Source: Octopus vulgaris
Taxonomy: Eukaryota
DNA: 64,000 nt
Direction: 5' to 3'
Assembly: GCA_951406725.2 (NCBI GenBank)
Contig: OX597816.1
Span: forward strand, 106,330,001 to 106,394,000
Shown here: positions 12,960-27,230 of the stretch, piece by piece
Position numbering within the stretch: the first letter of the stretch is position 1
Layout: every line of letters begins with the position of its first letter
Translations under genes and position numbers: made by a program
Notes under the pieces: generated by a model
Database searches by the model: none
What the model saw: the letters and a program-made list of their open reading frames with translations, nothing else
What the model was told of the DNA's origin: nothing

Positions 12960-14340
12960 ATGGTTTGAAATTTTTGCACAGGGCCAGTAGCTTTTTAGGG
13001 GAGGGGGAAGTCAATTATATTAACCTCAGTACTTGACTGATATTTGTTATCAACCCTGAAATGATGAAAGGCAAAGCCAACCTCAGAACATATAGACAAA
13101 ATGTTTAGCATATCAATGATTGTGCCAGCCTGCTACATTTTTAATAAAAATAATAATCCTTTCTACTATAGGCACAAGGCCAGAAATTTGGCGGAGGGGG
13201 TAAATCAATTACACCAACCCCAATGTTCAACTGACCTCAAAAAAATGAAAGGAAAAGTCCACCTCAGTGGCATTTGAACCAAGAATGTAGAGACAGATAA
13301 AATGCTGCCAAGTATTTTGCCCAGCATACTAACCATCCTGCCAGCTTGCTGCCTTAAATAATCACTTTGCCTTTCATCTTTTTGAGGTCGATGAAAGTCC
13401 CAGTTACACACTGGGGTTGATGTCATCAACTAGTCCCCTCCCTGCAATTTTGAAGCCTTACACTTTTGTGGGAGGTGACTGGTTGATTACATTAACCCCA
13501 TTGTGTAACTGGTTCTTGCATCAACCCAAAAAGGATGAAAGGTAAAGGGGACCTCAGTAGAATTTGAACTCAGAATAGATGTAACACTGCTAAGCATTTT
13601 GTCTGGCATGCTAACAATTCTGCCAGCTTGTTGCCTTTCACTACCTTAAAAAATAGTAATAATAATACCAAATCTAATAATTTTTAGAAAGAGACCCTGT
13701 GAGACCCTTGATAACAGAATTAACAGGAGCAAGTAAGATCAAGAGCTCTGAGAAGTAAAATATAACAATATTATTATTAATAAAAATAATTGTAATAATA
13801 ATAATCCTTTTTACTTAAGGCACAAGACCTGAAATTTGGGGGGAGGGGAGGGAAGTAGTTGACTATATTGACCCCAGTGTTTCACTGATACCTAATTTAT
13901 CAACCCTGAAAGGATGAAAGGCAAAGTCGATCTCGGTGGAATTTGAACTCAGAACATAGTGACAGGCAAAATACCGCTAAGCATTTCATTCAGCATGTTA
14001 ATTATAATAATAATAATGTTTCTAATTTAGGCACAAGGCCAGCAGTTTTGGGAAGAGAAGTTAGTCGATACCGTTGACACATTAATTGACCAGTACTTTA
14101 TTTTATTGACCCCAAAAAGGATGAAAAACGAAGTTGACCCTGGTAAGATTTGAACCCAGAATGTAAGGAATCAGAAGAAATATCACAAGGCATTTTGTCT
14201 GATGCAAGGCTATAAAGTTGTGTGTGGAAAGAAGTAAATGGATCAATCCTTGCATATACTTTGGTTCTTATTTTATATCAATTTTAGGAGAATAAAAGAT
14301 TAAGTTATCTTCAGTAGGATAGGAACTTAAAATCTTAATG
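12960..14340. mobile_element. Cluster of at least six decayed SINE family B copies, mostly minus strand, with one head-to-head pair near 13350
   Basis: Repeated ggcacaaggcc...gaccccagt...aaggatgaaagg...atttgaactcagaa units separated by (TAA)n. Confidence 0.75.
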
Positions 14341-16134
14341 TATGAAACTACACACTATGTGTCATTCAAATCATTATAATAATGTTACATCTTTCTGTAA
14401 GGGTGATAATTACAGTAAATGTTCATTATATTTCATAAGTGGACCTTTAAGATCATATCACTCTAGGTTGTTTTCATATTTTTTTACTAACTCATTTAAA
14501 TGATTAAGAAAATGGAAAACCTAAACAGAAACAGCAATAGAGGAAATGTTTCTATTTGTACACTACTTTGTATGCGTAAAAATGCAGCAACAGAACACAT
14601 ACTTCTTGAAACTTTTTATTTATGTTCCAATAACTTGTTACAATAAATGATAACCCAAAGGTGTTCCAACAGTTTAATATCTATGCAATTTACATAAAGA
14701 TATTCTATTTTTTATTTAATGATTTTATTATATTAAATAATATTTATTGAACAATTAATTGTTGTTTTTTAATTGAAAAAATTTGTGGCTGTGTGGTAAG
14801 TAGCTTGCTTACCAACCACTTGGTTCTGGGTTCATTCCCACTGCGTGGCACCTTGGGCAAGTGTCTTCAACTATAGCCTTGGGCAGACCAAAACCTTGTG
14901 AGTGGATTTGGTAGACAGAAACTGTAAGAGCTCGTCGTATATATATATACACACACGCATATATATATGTGTGTGTGTGTGTGTGTGAGTGTGTATGTAT
15001 GTTTGTGTGTCTGTGTTTGTCCCCCCCAACATCGCTTGACAATCAATGCTGGTGTGTTTATGTCCCCGTAACTTAGTGGTTGGGCAAAAGAGACCGATAG
15101 AATAAGTACTAGGCTTACAAAGAATAAGTCCTAGGGTCGATTTGCTCAACTAAAGGCACTGCTCCAGCATAGCCACAGTCAAATGACTGAAACAAGTAAA
15201 TGAGTAAAAGAGAGAGAGCTTCCTAAATGTGGAATATTCAACACATAAAACTCCAAAGACCATTTTTTTAAAGAAAGGTAATATAAAAAAAAGGTTTAAA
15301 AGGTTTTTAAAAAATTCCTATTTAAGCATTTGTTCTTCTATGACAGAACATAACCAAAAACTAATAAATAAATGATTTGGTATAGTTTATCATTATAGAT
15401 TATTACTTTCATTTCTCAATATCATTGTTAAAAGCATTTAATTAACTTATTAAGCACAAATTGTAGATAAACCATTTCTTTCCTTCTTTCGTAAGTAATT
15501 CAATACAAAAAGTAAACAAAAATTCTATTATTTATTTGAAAGTTTTCAGAAAAGAAATTAATTAATTGAGATGTCTGTCTTTCCCACTACAAGAGACAAA
15601 CAAGATACATAAAGCCAATTTATTTATGAAATATAACAAGAAACATAGAATTTCCAATGTTCTAAACTTAGGAATTTGAAGGACCATTTGAAAAAAAATT
15701 AATAAAAAATTAAAAATTCAAAGTTGGTGCTCAGGAAAGCCAAGTTATTTTTCAACATTCCCATTTATTACTAGTATCTTTTTAAATATGCTACCTTCCT
15801 CATAGATAACCCTAAAGAAAGGTCAGTGCATTTTATAAACAAGATATATTTTTCTTGTGTTTTGTTTGCCATAATTAGAGGTTGGTTTTATGTGTGTATG
15901 TATATATACAAATAAATACAGTACTAAGTTCTTTGGCACCTTAACCTTAAAGTCACAGTTCCTTGTACTCTACTTAAAACTGATGTAACTGACAATATCA
16001 CACTGCTACTTAATTAAATCAACATTAAAAAGATAACTGGTGAATTTTAGCTTTCTCCCCACTCTAAGGAATAATGAGGTACTGAACTAAATCAAAATGT
16101 CATAAAGCCCTGACATAAATAAATAAAGCAAATA

Positions 16135-17625
16135 AAGATATGAAGACAGGGAAATACCCTGGTCCATCATGAATTACCACAAAAATGCTTAAAGTATTTG
16201 GTGAAGTGGGATACGACCTAGTCACCTGTATAGTTAATCAGAAAGGTATCATACCCAATGGTTGAAGTAGCAGCATTATAGTCACCTACTACAATGGTAA
16301 GGGAAATGCTTTAGACAGAAGTATCTACAGTGGTATCAAATTGCTAGATCAAGTCATGAAAGTTACAGAGAGTCACAACTCAACTAATTAGGAAGAGAGT
16401 TAACTTAGGTGAGATGCAGTTTGGTTTTGTAGCAGGGAGGAGCATTACTGATGCTATCTTCCTAGTAAGGCACCTTCAGGAGGATCTTTTAAGCAAAAAC
16501 AAACTGCTGTACATGACATTTGTCAACACAGAGATAGCCTTTTACAGGATCCATTGCTCTCTTGTCTTGTGGTCACTGTAGAAAGTAAAGGGTAAATAAA
16601 TTACTAGAGAGAGGTGCTCAAGCTATGTACAGGGATACTATCAGTAAGGTGAAAATCAGCAATGAGGACAGCAACAAATTTTGGGTGCAGGTAGAAGTTC
16701 ACCAGGGTTTGATTCTCAGCCTTCTCTCATTCATCATAGTCCTCCAGATCATAAGAGAGGAATCTAAGATAGGTTACCCATAGGAGCTCTTCTATACTGA
16801 TGATCTTTCTTGTTCTGACAGCTGAATCTATAGTAGAATTAGAACAGAAATTTCAGGTGTAGAAGCAAAGCCTGGAATCAAAGGGCCTTAGAGTTAATTT
16901 AGCAAAGACCAAAGTACTAGCATACAGAAAAGCAGACAAATTATTAATCTCTTCAGGGAAATGGTCCAGCTCAATGTGAAGGACATATGTTGGTAGAAAT
17001 TCTATATAGTATACCCATTGCAAGCTACAGACACATAAAAGGTACAGATGAAGCTTAATGGAATAAGTAGTCTTTGTGTGTGACAGATGTACAAGAACAC
17101 ACAGGAAACAGGCTTCTTCACATGTTCAGAGGGATCCTTAGAGGTAGTAGATAGTTTACGTTACCTGAGTGACTAAACAGTGGAGGAGGATATTCTAAAA
17201 GGGCTTCTCTCTCGGAGTGAAAAGTAGATTCCATGATACTTGTGTACAAACAGCTATGCTGTTTGGTAGTGAAATGCAGAGGGCATGTGAAAACTTGAAA
17301 TAATTGAAGTTAGTACACTCTGCTGGATGTGCAATGTCAGTGTGCATGAACAATAATGTGTAAATGTGTTGAAAGAAAAATTGTGCATAAGAGGCATCAA
17401 ATGTAGTGTGCAAGAGACAAGACTGTACTAATATGGTTGTTATGTGACCCATATGGATGACAACAGCTGAATAAAGAAGTGTTGGTCTCTAAATGTGGAG
17501 GTAACCTGCAATAGAGGAAGACCAAGAAAGACATGGGATGAAGTAGTGAAAAATGACCTTCAGATATTGAGCATCACTGATGAGATGACAACGAACTAAG
17601 ATGAGTGGCAATTTGCCCTCAAGAT
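16135..17625 (+). mobile_element. Degenerate RTE-clade LINE (RT and C-terminal region)
   Basis: Fragmentary frames: MKTGKYPGPS, MQFGFVAGRSITDAIFLVRHLQE, ELFYTDDL (YADD-like), RGRPRKTWDEVVKNDL; many stops and frameshifts. Confidence 0.8.
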
Positions 17626-18030
17626 GATTGAGAAGAGCCAGTCATCTAAGAAAAATTGAAGTCATAAAGGCATGTCATTTATGTCTGTGCTCCTGCACAC
17701 AATCAGTCCTTGACAAATCTCTTCCCCTACAACTGGTCTTCCTCACACCTCTCCCTGCCTCCACCCATGTTCACCACTTGCAGCATTCCCCTCCCCTCTA
17801 TCTCCCAATCTGCCTTCATGAACCTACCTACTCTCTCTCTAACTAGGTTATTTCCTCTGTTGCAAGACACTTGTTTCTGTCCCTCTATTATACTTTAACC
17901 TTTCATAACCCAGCATAAAACCACCTTCCTCAATGCTACTCCCCCTTTACTGGTGACTGCACTGCTGCTAGTGCCATGTAAAAAGCACCCAGTACACTCA
18001 AGACAATTTTAAATTTCATAACAAAACAAC

Positions 18031-18518
18031 TGTAGTGATGTCAGTATGTGACAACCTACAATTTTACAATTGCATGCAAGAAAGAGGGGTCACCATCATG
18101 TATGTAAAACAACAAGAAAAATAAGGACTTGTGAGATGTTCATAATAAGTCATAACATATTTATTACTGGATGTAATTCATTAACATATAAGAATGGTTT
18201 GAAAGAAAAGGCTTGTAATATATTACATGAACATACTTTGCGACCACATGTCACAAAGCAAATGAGGCAAATATGCACGCGTGCGGGTGTGTGTGCGAGT
18301 GGCATGGCTGAATGCGTATGCCTAGGAAACGACAAGCAAAGGGTACGTGAAATTAGAAATGTGTTTGCTTTATATAAGGGATGAACCAGAAGTCCTTGAC
18401 TTCCATGTCATCCAGAAGTCAATTGAAAGCTTCTAGAATATTCGAGAAGGTTGGAGATTACTCTCATTAGATCCCTTTTTTGTTTTGCTTTCCTGCTTGA
18501 CCGCCAGGGGTCACTACA
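18031..18518 (-). mobile_element. Solo LTR (Gypsy-like), 488 bp
   Basis: TGTAGTGA...TCACTACA inverted termini, 4-bp target-site duplication CAAC, and TATATAAA on the minus strand near 18370. Confidence 0.75.
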
Positions 18519-19439
18519 CAACACTAATATGCAAATTAGATTACCTGTGTAAACTAAACTGCATTCCTATATAGCTATGCAAACTAGAATACCTTCAGTC
18601 AAAGGTTGGACAGTCTCAACTAACCTGGGTTTAGATATCAACGATAACAATGATTTTGATTTCTAACATTGGAACAAGGCCATGAATTTTAGGAGGTGGA
18701 AGTGGTCAGTTAAATTGATTCTAATATTGATTCAGTACATTCCAAGATTTATATCTAAGTTATCAAACTAGTGTCGATAAGCAAATTAGTTTCACTGTGT
18801 TTCAATTAAATTACATTTATATGTAGTCTTAAGTTGCTATCTTATCAAAAGAATTGTAAGCTTAAGAAGACAATCTATCCAAGCATTTATCATACTTTGT
18901 TTCATTAATACAACAAAGACATTAATCTAATGAAAACAACTCTCCATTTAATAATGGAGCTATATCACTATTAGCCAGGCCACAAAAGATCCATTTCCTA
19001 CAACAAAGGAGTTTGGTGGCAGGAGGCAAAATTTGATCTAAGGATGTGAAAAACCAAAACAGACACCACAAAGGAAGAAAGGAAAAAGTTATTCTCAAAC
19101 TGATTAAACTAGATGATAGATTAAGTCTACCACTCAAGAACTCAGAATGCCAAAAGTCAAACAAAAATCACAAGGCAATCTGTCTAATACTGTAACATTT
19201 CAGCCAATTCCTCACCCAGGACTGGTACTATATTTATCTACCCCAAAAGTATGGAAAGCTAGGTTAACTTTGGTGGGATTTCAATTTAGTGCTCTGAAAG
19301 CTAGAATAAAGAATACAATGCATTTTCTCCATCACTTTAATGTCTCTACCATTTCACTAACTTATGTTTAAGTAGATATTGTTAAATGATAATAATCAGA
19401 ACTCAGTCTTCCTAGTCCCCTTATTATTTTTTAATTTGT

Positions 19440-20340
19440 TTTCTGGATAGTTATTAAAATGATGGTACAGTGACTATGATTCTTGCAAGTGGATAGTGAT
19501 TCTTGTGATACAAGCAGCATAGCATTGAGAGTAATGCTGGAAATAGGAAGTGTCAAGGTGGAAGATGCAGCATGACTTAGGAAGAAGGACAACTACAACC
19601 ACATCAATGTAGTTGATGTTTGTTGAAAGGTGTCAACCTAGCATTGAGATGGAGACTATGAACCATCAAGGTCCGGACTGATTCTGCCACAGTTTGAGGG
19701 TGGGTGGAGTCAGTGATCATCAACCAGAAGAAGATTCACATGAAGGAGGCGGTAGAAATGGTGATTAAGCATCACCTGGGAATCCTGAGGGAGATAGCTG
19801 CCATGTTCAACCTGGAGCTGCATGAGGTGTTCGTGCCCTTGGAAATGAATAAGGCAGACACTCTAACCAGAGTAAAAAAGCATTTGTTGGAAACAGTAGA
19901 GGATGTTCCAAGTGGGGTAGCAGTGGTTTGTCAGCTGGAAGGCACAGAACTAAGGAGGATGCACAACATGCACCACATGGGGGTTGACAGGAAGTTGTTT
20001 TTGGCTAGGACGGTCAACCCCGATGTCACCAGGGAGAGCGTTTGGAGGATAATGGGGAATTGCAACAGGTGCCAATCAATTGATCCTGTCCTGAACACAC
20101 ACAAACCAGAAAAGATTCAGGTAGAGGAAGACTGGAAGAAGCTAACCACTGACATGATGCACTATTGAGGAAAGGCATACCTTTCAACAGTCGACTGTGG
20201 TGAATGGCTATATGGAGAGAAATCAGGGTAGAGACTACTGCCAAAGTTGCAGAAGTGTTGAATGTGATGTTCTTGGAAAAGGGACCAGTAGATGTGCTAT
20301 TGATGGAAACAGCACAGTTTTTCACTCAGAATGGTTTGAA
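19440..20340 (+). mobile_element. Gypsy LTR-retrotransposon pol fragment (RNase H end, integrase zinc finger, start of catalytic core), degenerate
   Basis: RTDSATV motif; HNMHHMG...CNRC (H-H-C-C); WKKLTTDMMHY; LSTVDCG; stops and frameshifts. Confidence 0.75.
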
Positions 20341-20699
20341 ATTTTAATGTGTTCAGCAACAGGTGAAATAAGTAATTCTGTTGATGAAAATATCACAAAA
20401 TTCAACAATGAGATGTACATATATATATATATATATATATACACGCACACATATATTATAATATATGCTAAGAGAGATGCTCGGAAGGTGGAACACAAAC
20501 TACTTCTTCAGAGCTGCTGACTGTCTCTCTATCTTTCCCTCTAACACTATCTCTCCTTCTTCTCCTCTCTTTTCCTACTGAAGTAACTAAAGTATCTCCT
20601 CTGTAGTAAGATACCTATATCTAACCTATTATAGTCAAACCTTTCACCTAGCACAAAGCCACTACCCTCAGTTTCACTCCCTCTCCCAGCTGAGAGGTC

Positions 20700-20955
20700 T
20701 TCATCTCACAAATTACTTGGCAACACCACTGGTGTTGGTGCCATGTAAAAAGCACCAGTGTTGGCGTCACATAAAAAAGACCCTGTACACTCTGTAAAGT
20801 GGTTGGCATTAGGAAAAGCATCCAGCCATAGAAACCATGGCAAAGCAGACAATGGATCCTAGTGCAGCTCTCCAACTCCAATCAAACTGTCCAACTCATG
20901 CCAGCATAGAAGATGGATGTTAAACAGAGATGATGATGATGATGATGATGATGAT
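20700..20955 (+). mobile_element. SINE family C with RTE-like (GAT)n tail; other copies at 540-590, 24893-24940, 26232-26440 (-), 27350-27630, 29150-29400 (-), 49611-49850 (-)
   Basis: Shared ggcgttaggaagggcatccagc...ccaacccatgctagcatgg...aaacgatgatgat consensus. Confidence 0.75.
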
Positions 20956-21472
20956 TACAGAATACTACTTTACAGAAAGATTCCCAAGAACGCTATAATG
21001 TAAGGGATGTCTGCACATGTAATTTCATCCATATAGCTTGTTATTTAGTCCAAAGCAGCTCTGATCAAGCAACTCTATGATCAGAGACATTTTAATAAAT
21101 TAAAAACAATCCACCAATTTTTGCAAGCATCATAACACATTATCTAATATGTTTTATTTTTTTAGGTTGTAGTATGTGATTTGAAGGAAATTTGGCTGCT
21201 ATTTCTTGCAAGTTGACCGACCTACTTATATAAAAACTTCCTCATTGACTTACTATCACGAAGTTAGCAGAGGTGAGGTGTTGTGTATTCATTTGTAGCT
21301 GATAATTGTAACTAAATATTACTTATGTGTATAGCAGTGCTGAAAACATTCCACAAATAACATCTAGAGCTTCCTTTAATATCAATGGTTTGAAATTTTA
21401 ATGTGTTCAGCAACAGGTGAAATAAGTAATTCTGTTGATGAAAATATCACAAAATTCAACAATGAGGTGTAC

Positions 21473-21507
<35 letters not shown>

Positions 21508-23199
21508 GTGTGTGTTTGTGCGTGTGAGTGTGTGTATATATATATATATATATATACATGCACACATATATTATAATATAATACAAGTGGCGACATTCTA
21601 TTAAGAAAATGAACCAAATCATTAAATTGGACTGCGAAAAATGCTATTTATTCCTATATTGAGTTATTAGTATCAACTATGAGTGAATAATGTAGCCAGT
21701 GTTAAAGCCAAGTGGATATCATACAATTCTTGTTTGCAAATGTATTGCGCTTATGTGGAGCTATTCATAGTGAAAGAATTCACTGTTCTGCTATTGTGCT
21801 GTCTGCTTATGAGGATTAACCATTATTTGATCCTCGTCATAGATAAGGGATGTGAAACCAATGGTAAATTGTGGCAATGCAACAGAATGAATAAGCTGAA
21901 AGGAAACTTGTTAGAACAAAATTCATTCAGTAGGAAAAAAAGGGATGTAATTCCATTTGAGTGAGTTTTCAATTTTCTGAACATGACATTTTCTTTTACA
22001 AATTCTTTGGGTTTTTGTTTGTGCTGTTTCTTTTCTTTTTTTCTTTTTTTAATTTTCTTGTTCAATTATTTATTTCTAAACTTTCTGAAGCCTTTATCAG
22101 TTGAATTCTTGTATTGGAGATAATCTTAAATCTGGTGAAAAGAAAACTGTTGTAACCTTAAATAATAATTCTAATTAATTCAAATAATAAACTAAATTTT
22201 ACATAGAAAATCAAGAGATTTTACAGATAAAAGTTTTGGGTCATTTTTTTTTTTTTGAAAAACATTAATATATCATTGAGTTCTCATATTGATAAAGTGT
22301 CATTAATTTGCAGTGGAAAGTAGCAGACTTAATTAAATTCGCAAAACATAATGGATGCCTATTTTATGAAACAAAGTAAAATATTGTGCATTTTCTCATA
22401 AACCCAGTTTTACTGTTACAGATAATGTGAGAAACAATTGCATACTTCCATACCATGATGTATGGGCTCACAAATACATAGTATTTGCGTTGTTGCTCAC
22501 ACATACAAACATGCACAAAAATGGTAAAGAATTTCATGAACTTATCTCTTTCACTGGCTTCATGAGAAACATCCATACATCTATGTGGCCGCTGAACCTT
22601 CTAGAAATAGCAGCAAAATTTTCCTCAAATCAACATCCTATCATCTTAAAAAATGGATTGATATATTAGACAATGTAATTCTAAATACACTGTGTCTAGA
22701 CAAAAGATTCTGTTATGACACAAGAGCGCTTCTGACCATATAGCTGCTTCATAACAACTAACTAGAGTCCATAACAACAACTCTATTTTTCCCTAGAATT
22801 CTCAAGACCAACAATCTCATGATTTCAACCCGCAATTGCACAACTAAGTTAATTTCCAACTATGTAGAAAATTATATGTTGTTTTATCCTCCCAATTCAA
22901 GTATACTAACCATGTGATATACTTTAATCAATTCTGTTTCATTTTCAACATGAATGTGAAATCTTTTAACATTGTCTTCTCTCACAATGACAATCTCTCC
23001 AACCTAGGATACTTTTTCGACCACGTTTCACTATAAAAAAAAGTAGCAGATTCTGATTAGCAAAATTACTCTTTAAATAGCTTCACCTTCTCTACTAAGT
23101 GAGTCTTACTAATATATCAATGATATAACTATGATGTAACTGTTGTAATAACAATGCTTTTAATTTCTTTGATTTTTACCCACTTGCAGGTGGTCGTCC

Positions 23200-24200
23200 C
23201 TTAAGATTTACAGCTATTACCTCAATCACTGAATTGCTACAACTTCTCTCAGAAGATATGAATTCATGTGCTTTACATCTTTCAAGAACACCATCGCCTA
23301 GTATTTGAATGTTCTCCTACCATCTCTGACTCATTGCTTTTATTGTCCTTTCTGTCATTATTGACAGATAACACTGACCCCTCCCCTCCCCAGTCTAACT
23401 TCCATCTCACTAAACATACATTAAATCCATAAATCCACCCTCTTTTTCCCTCAATTTCTCCAACTTGCCATTAATGTACAGCTTTCTGTCATCTCTGACA
23501 ACACACTCATATGTAGACGACACTATTTCTTCACTCCTTCTTAATTCCACCGTGCACAAACTTCCTCTGCATGCAACCCGGATATATCAAATAAAAACCT
23601 ACATCCATGAACAAAAACATCAAAGATATTATCCAATAGAAATATGACAAAATTGTCTCTTTCAGCAGCTTAAAAACTACTTAAATCTGTAGCATGCTGT
23701 CTTGGACAACATGCAATCAAAACCTTCAAAATTACTTCAAATATTATGTCTCTTAAACTCTGATGATCTTTCCCAGTAATTACACATACATACCCAAGCT
23801 AAATCTACATCACAAAGACTCATTTTTCTAAGGGTAAGAAAACACTTCAGTTCTGATCAATTGCTGTCTCTTTCATTACCCAGTTCACAAGTGGAGCTTG
23901 AAAAGTCTACCCCTTCTCCTTCCCAAATTTAGCCTCACATACCTTAACGTATCCCTAGTTCCTAACACTCATTTCCATTACTACTACTATGAAAAATGTC
24001 ACTAAAACACTATTCAACTTTTCAAAGTATGTGATATGAACCAAGAACTCTACCTCACATTTCATTGCTTAATGTTACAAGTATAACTTCATTTCAGTTC
24101 AAACTTTAAAATCACCATTCTTTGCATAAGTTTGTCCTCTCAACTCAAAATTCGGTCATATCAATCGTACATTATCCAACACTATCTAAAAACAACCTCT
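23200..24200 (+). mobile_element. Highly decayed LINE RT fragment (L2/CR1 group)
   Basis: THSYVDDT (YADD-like) at ~23505; remainder degenerate. Confidence 0.4.
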
Positions 24201-25032
24201 ATATAGGCTTTTAATTATCTTATCTTCTTAACCACAGTACCCTACAATAGTAATACATCATGGTTTGAGCTCATTTCAATAAAAGTGTCCAAACAGAGAA
24301 AGAATAATCTAATAGTTGCTTCAACTTTAATATAAAAGTCATATAACTTTATCTTACAAATCAAATGGCTGGTCTCAGTAATTAGACTATGGCCAGGGCG
24401 GTGCGTCATCTTCATATTATCCCCAGCGCTTATTTCAGTCCAGTACTTGTATTATAAATCCATATTCATTTTGTAATCTAATTAATACAGTGTGTTAACA
24501 AAATTTTATTCACTTACTAAATTCATATCAAACAAGCAGCAGTTTTTAAAAATGAAGCTAGAAGAAAAAAGTTGTAGAGGAAATAGATTATGCACTATTA
24601 TTTTTTTTAGCTGTTTTAGTGAAACAACACAAGAAAAAGAATAGATTATTTTTATATGAAAACAATAATATGAATGTTAATTCTTCAAAAATAATGTGAG
24701 AAAATAACTCTAACTATGCAAATTTGATCAATGATAATCATCAGAAAAAAATTTTGAACAAATGAAAATGCATAATGGAATCTTTTGAATGTAGATAACA
24801 GAATAGAAGATATAGATTTACAAAAATAAATGAGATATAAAAAGAAATTATATACAAATGTAAATTATGATTAAATTGAAATCTATCTTCCCCAACCCAT
24901 GCTAGCATGGAGAACGGATGTTAAACGATGATGATGATGATCTCAATGTGGGTATGTGTATGTACACACACACATACTTTTTATGTGTGTATATGTCTGT
25001 GTGTATGTATGTATGTATATGTGTGTATATAT

Positions 25033-25920
25033 ATACAAGGGTAAGTCAAAAATTATACACATTCTTGTTCCTGTAATTTATTAAAACAAAAGCAGGAATT
25101 GAACAATTACATAATTTTTTGACATTGTCTCCTTGCTTTTCGATGCACTTCTTCCAGCAGTCCACAAGTTTGCTTATTCCATCAAAGAAGATTTACAGCT
25201 GATCACACAGCCATTTAAGCACCACTTCCTGCACTTCCTCCATAGCAGATGCAGTTCAAATAGGTGACAGTCAGAAGGGGCGAAGTCTGGACTGTATGCA
25301 GGGTGTTCCAGCAACTCAAAACCCAACTATTCAATGATTTCAACAGTGCAGGCAGTTGTATGTGGTCATGCAATGTCAACAATAACACTTGATTTGACAA
25401 CAGACCTCAACATTTAGTGCAAATTTCCAGTTTCAGTTTGTTGGCCAGCATTTCACTGTAGCCTGCACAGATGACTGTAGACTCCTTTTCTCAGGTAATA
25501 TTCCAGTATGGTCCCTTTTGCATCACAAAAAACAGTTAGCATCACTTTTTCCACAGAAGGTTTGAAACATGAATTTCCTTTCCACTGGTAATTCTAGGAG
25601 TTTCAACTCCATACTCTGTCTTCTGAATTCTAGCTCAAAGTGATGAAACCAAGTCTCATTTGTGACTATTCTCTCTAAAAAAGCTTCACCTTCATTGTTA
25701 TAGCAGTTGAGTAAGCGTTGAGTGATAGATCCAGATCTTATCCCTTGTGACTATTCTCTCCAAAAAAGCTTTGCCTTCATTGTTACAGTGGTTGAGTTAA
25801 GTGTTGACGTATCTCTACAAGAAAACACTTATGTGCTTTGATCAGCTCTTCTGACACCCATCTTGCACAGACTTTATGGAAGTGAAGCTTGTCATGGAGA
25901 TTTTGTATGCAGAGTCATAA
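25033..25920 (-). mobile_element. Degenerate mariner element fragment with an internal ~60-bp tandem duplication
   Basis: Minus frames give NEGEAFLERIVTNETWFHHFE and HTVQTSPLL (YSPDLAP remnant); duplicated segment at 25662-25720 and 25747-25805. Confidence 0.7.
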
Positions 25921-26189
25921 TTAATTTTCTGAAAGCCTACATCTTCAGACAAGACAAATTGGAACACTGATCTCTGTTCTTCCTTGGATCACACTGCTAG
26001 CAGAATAGCAACATTTACTCTAGGTCACAAGAAAGAAAACTGGAACAATCAAGGTCAAACCTTAGTTCCATAACCACAAAAGTCTACATTAATTTACATA
26101 TTTGTTTTCTTGTGATTTAACTTCGCACTGTTTTAACCTTACCCACGATCTTTTATACAATATATTCTACACAATGCTTCACAGTAATT

Positions 26190-26234
<45 letters not shown>

Positions 26235-26559
26235 TCATCATCGTTTAGCGTCCGTTTTCCATGCTAGCATGGGTTGGACGGTTCAACTGGGGTCTGTGAA
26301 ACCGGAAGGCTTCATCAGGCCTAGTCAGATCTGGTAGTGTTTCTACGGCTGGATGCCCTTCCTAACGCCAACCACTCCGTGAGTGTAGTGGGTGCTTTTT
26401 ACATGCTTTTAGTGGGTGCTTTTTACGTGCTTTTTACCTATATATATATATATATATATATAGGTATGTATGTATGTATACACACACACACACATATGTC
26501 TATTACATATCAGGAGTTGTCAAACTGCAGAAATATTAAAGATGGGTAAGTTGACTAAT

Positions 26560-27230
26560 AGAATAAAAAATGTTCATATATGCCAGCAAGTGAAGAAGTT
26601 TTGCAGGTGTATGGTGAACCATAGTGGAAGGTGGTTACACAAATTAAGGTAGTGGTCCATGGAGTGGCCTGGCAAATTGAAATGCCCAGCTACAGACTTA
26701 GAGAGTGCTTGGGTATTATTACATATGTTGAACTCATGGGAGTGATTACCTAGATGATGACCACTTTCACCCATACATAATTATTTGTAAAGTTTATAAA
26801 TGATGCAGAAAATAGATTGGTAGGGATTCAGCTAAAGAGGTCTGTGACTTGAAACAGAGTTTAAGTACTAGTTATGAGTGTACTGTTGAAAATAAAAGGA
26901 CAAGTGCAACATATAAAGCTAAAGCATTTGAAGATGCTGGGGTGTACAGAGGGGAAAAGAATTTCTGTTCAAAAGATGGAGCAACTATTTGTTCCTTCTG
27001 AAATTGTGCAGGGGAGGATTAGGAATAATAAAAGCAGTTTGAAGGTCAGAGAGGAAGTGAAAGTCGTGGAAGTTTGTAAAAATGGCAGAGCTGCTGGGTG
27101 AACAGTAGTAGACAAGAAACCCCTAATTTCAGCTGTTTGCATGTGTTGTAGAAGTGCTGAGGCTCATTCAGTGGCCTGGGTTTGGCAGAGCACAACATTG
27201 ATTGTAGATTCAGGGTAAGTACTAGAGTCA
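26560..27230 (-). mobile_element. Penelope-like element fragment (RT C-terminus and GIY-YIG endonuclease), degenerate
   Basis: MGESGHHLGNHSHE...VAGHFNLPGHS matches the Penelope GIY-YIG pattern YIGETGRRL..RF.EH...VA.HFN.PGHS. Confidence 0.6.

Noticed and set aside
18922-19164. 80-aa minus-strand ORF as an exon
   Set aside because: In-frame stop between the nearest acceptor and the ORF; no donor or homology.
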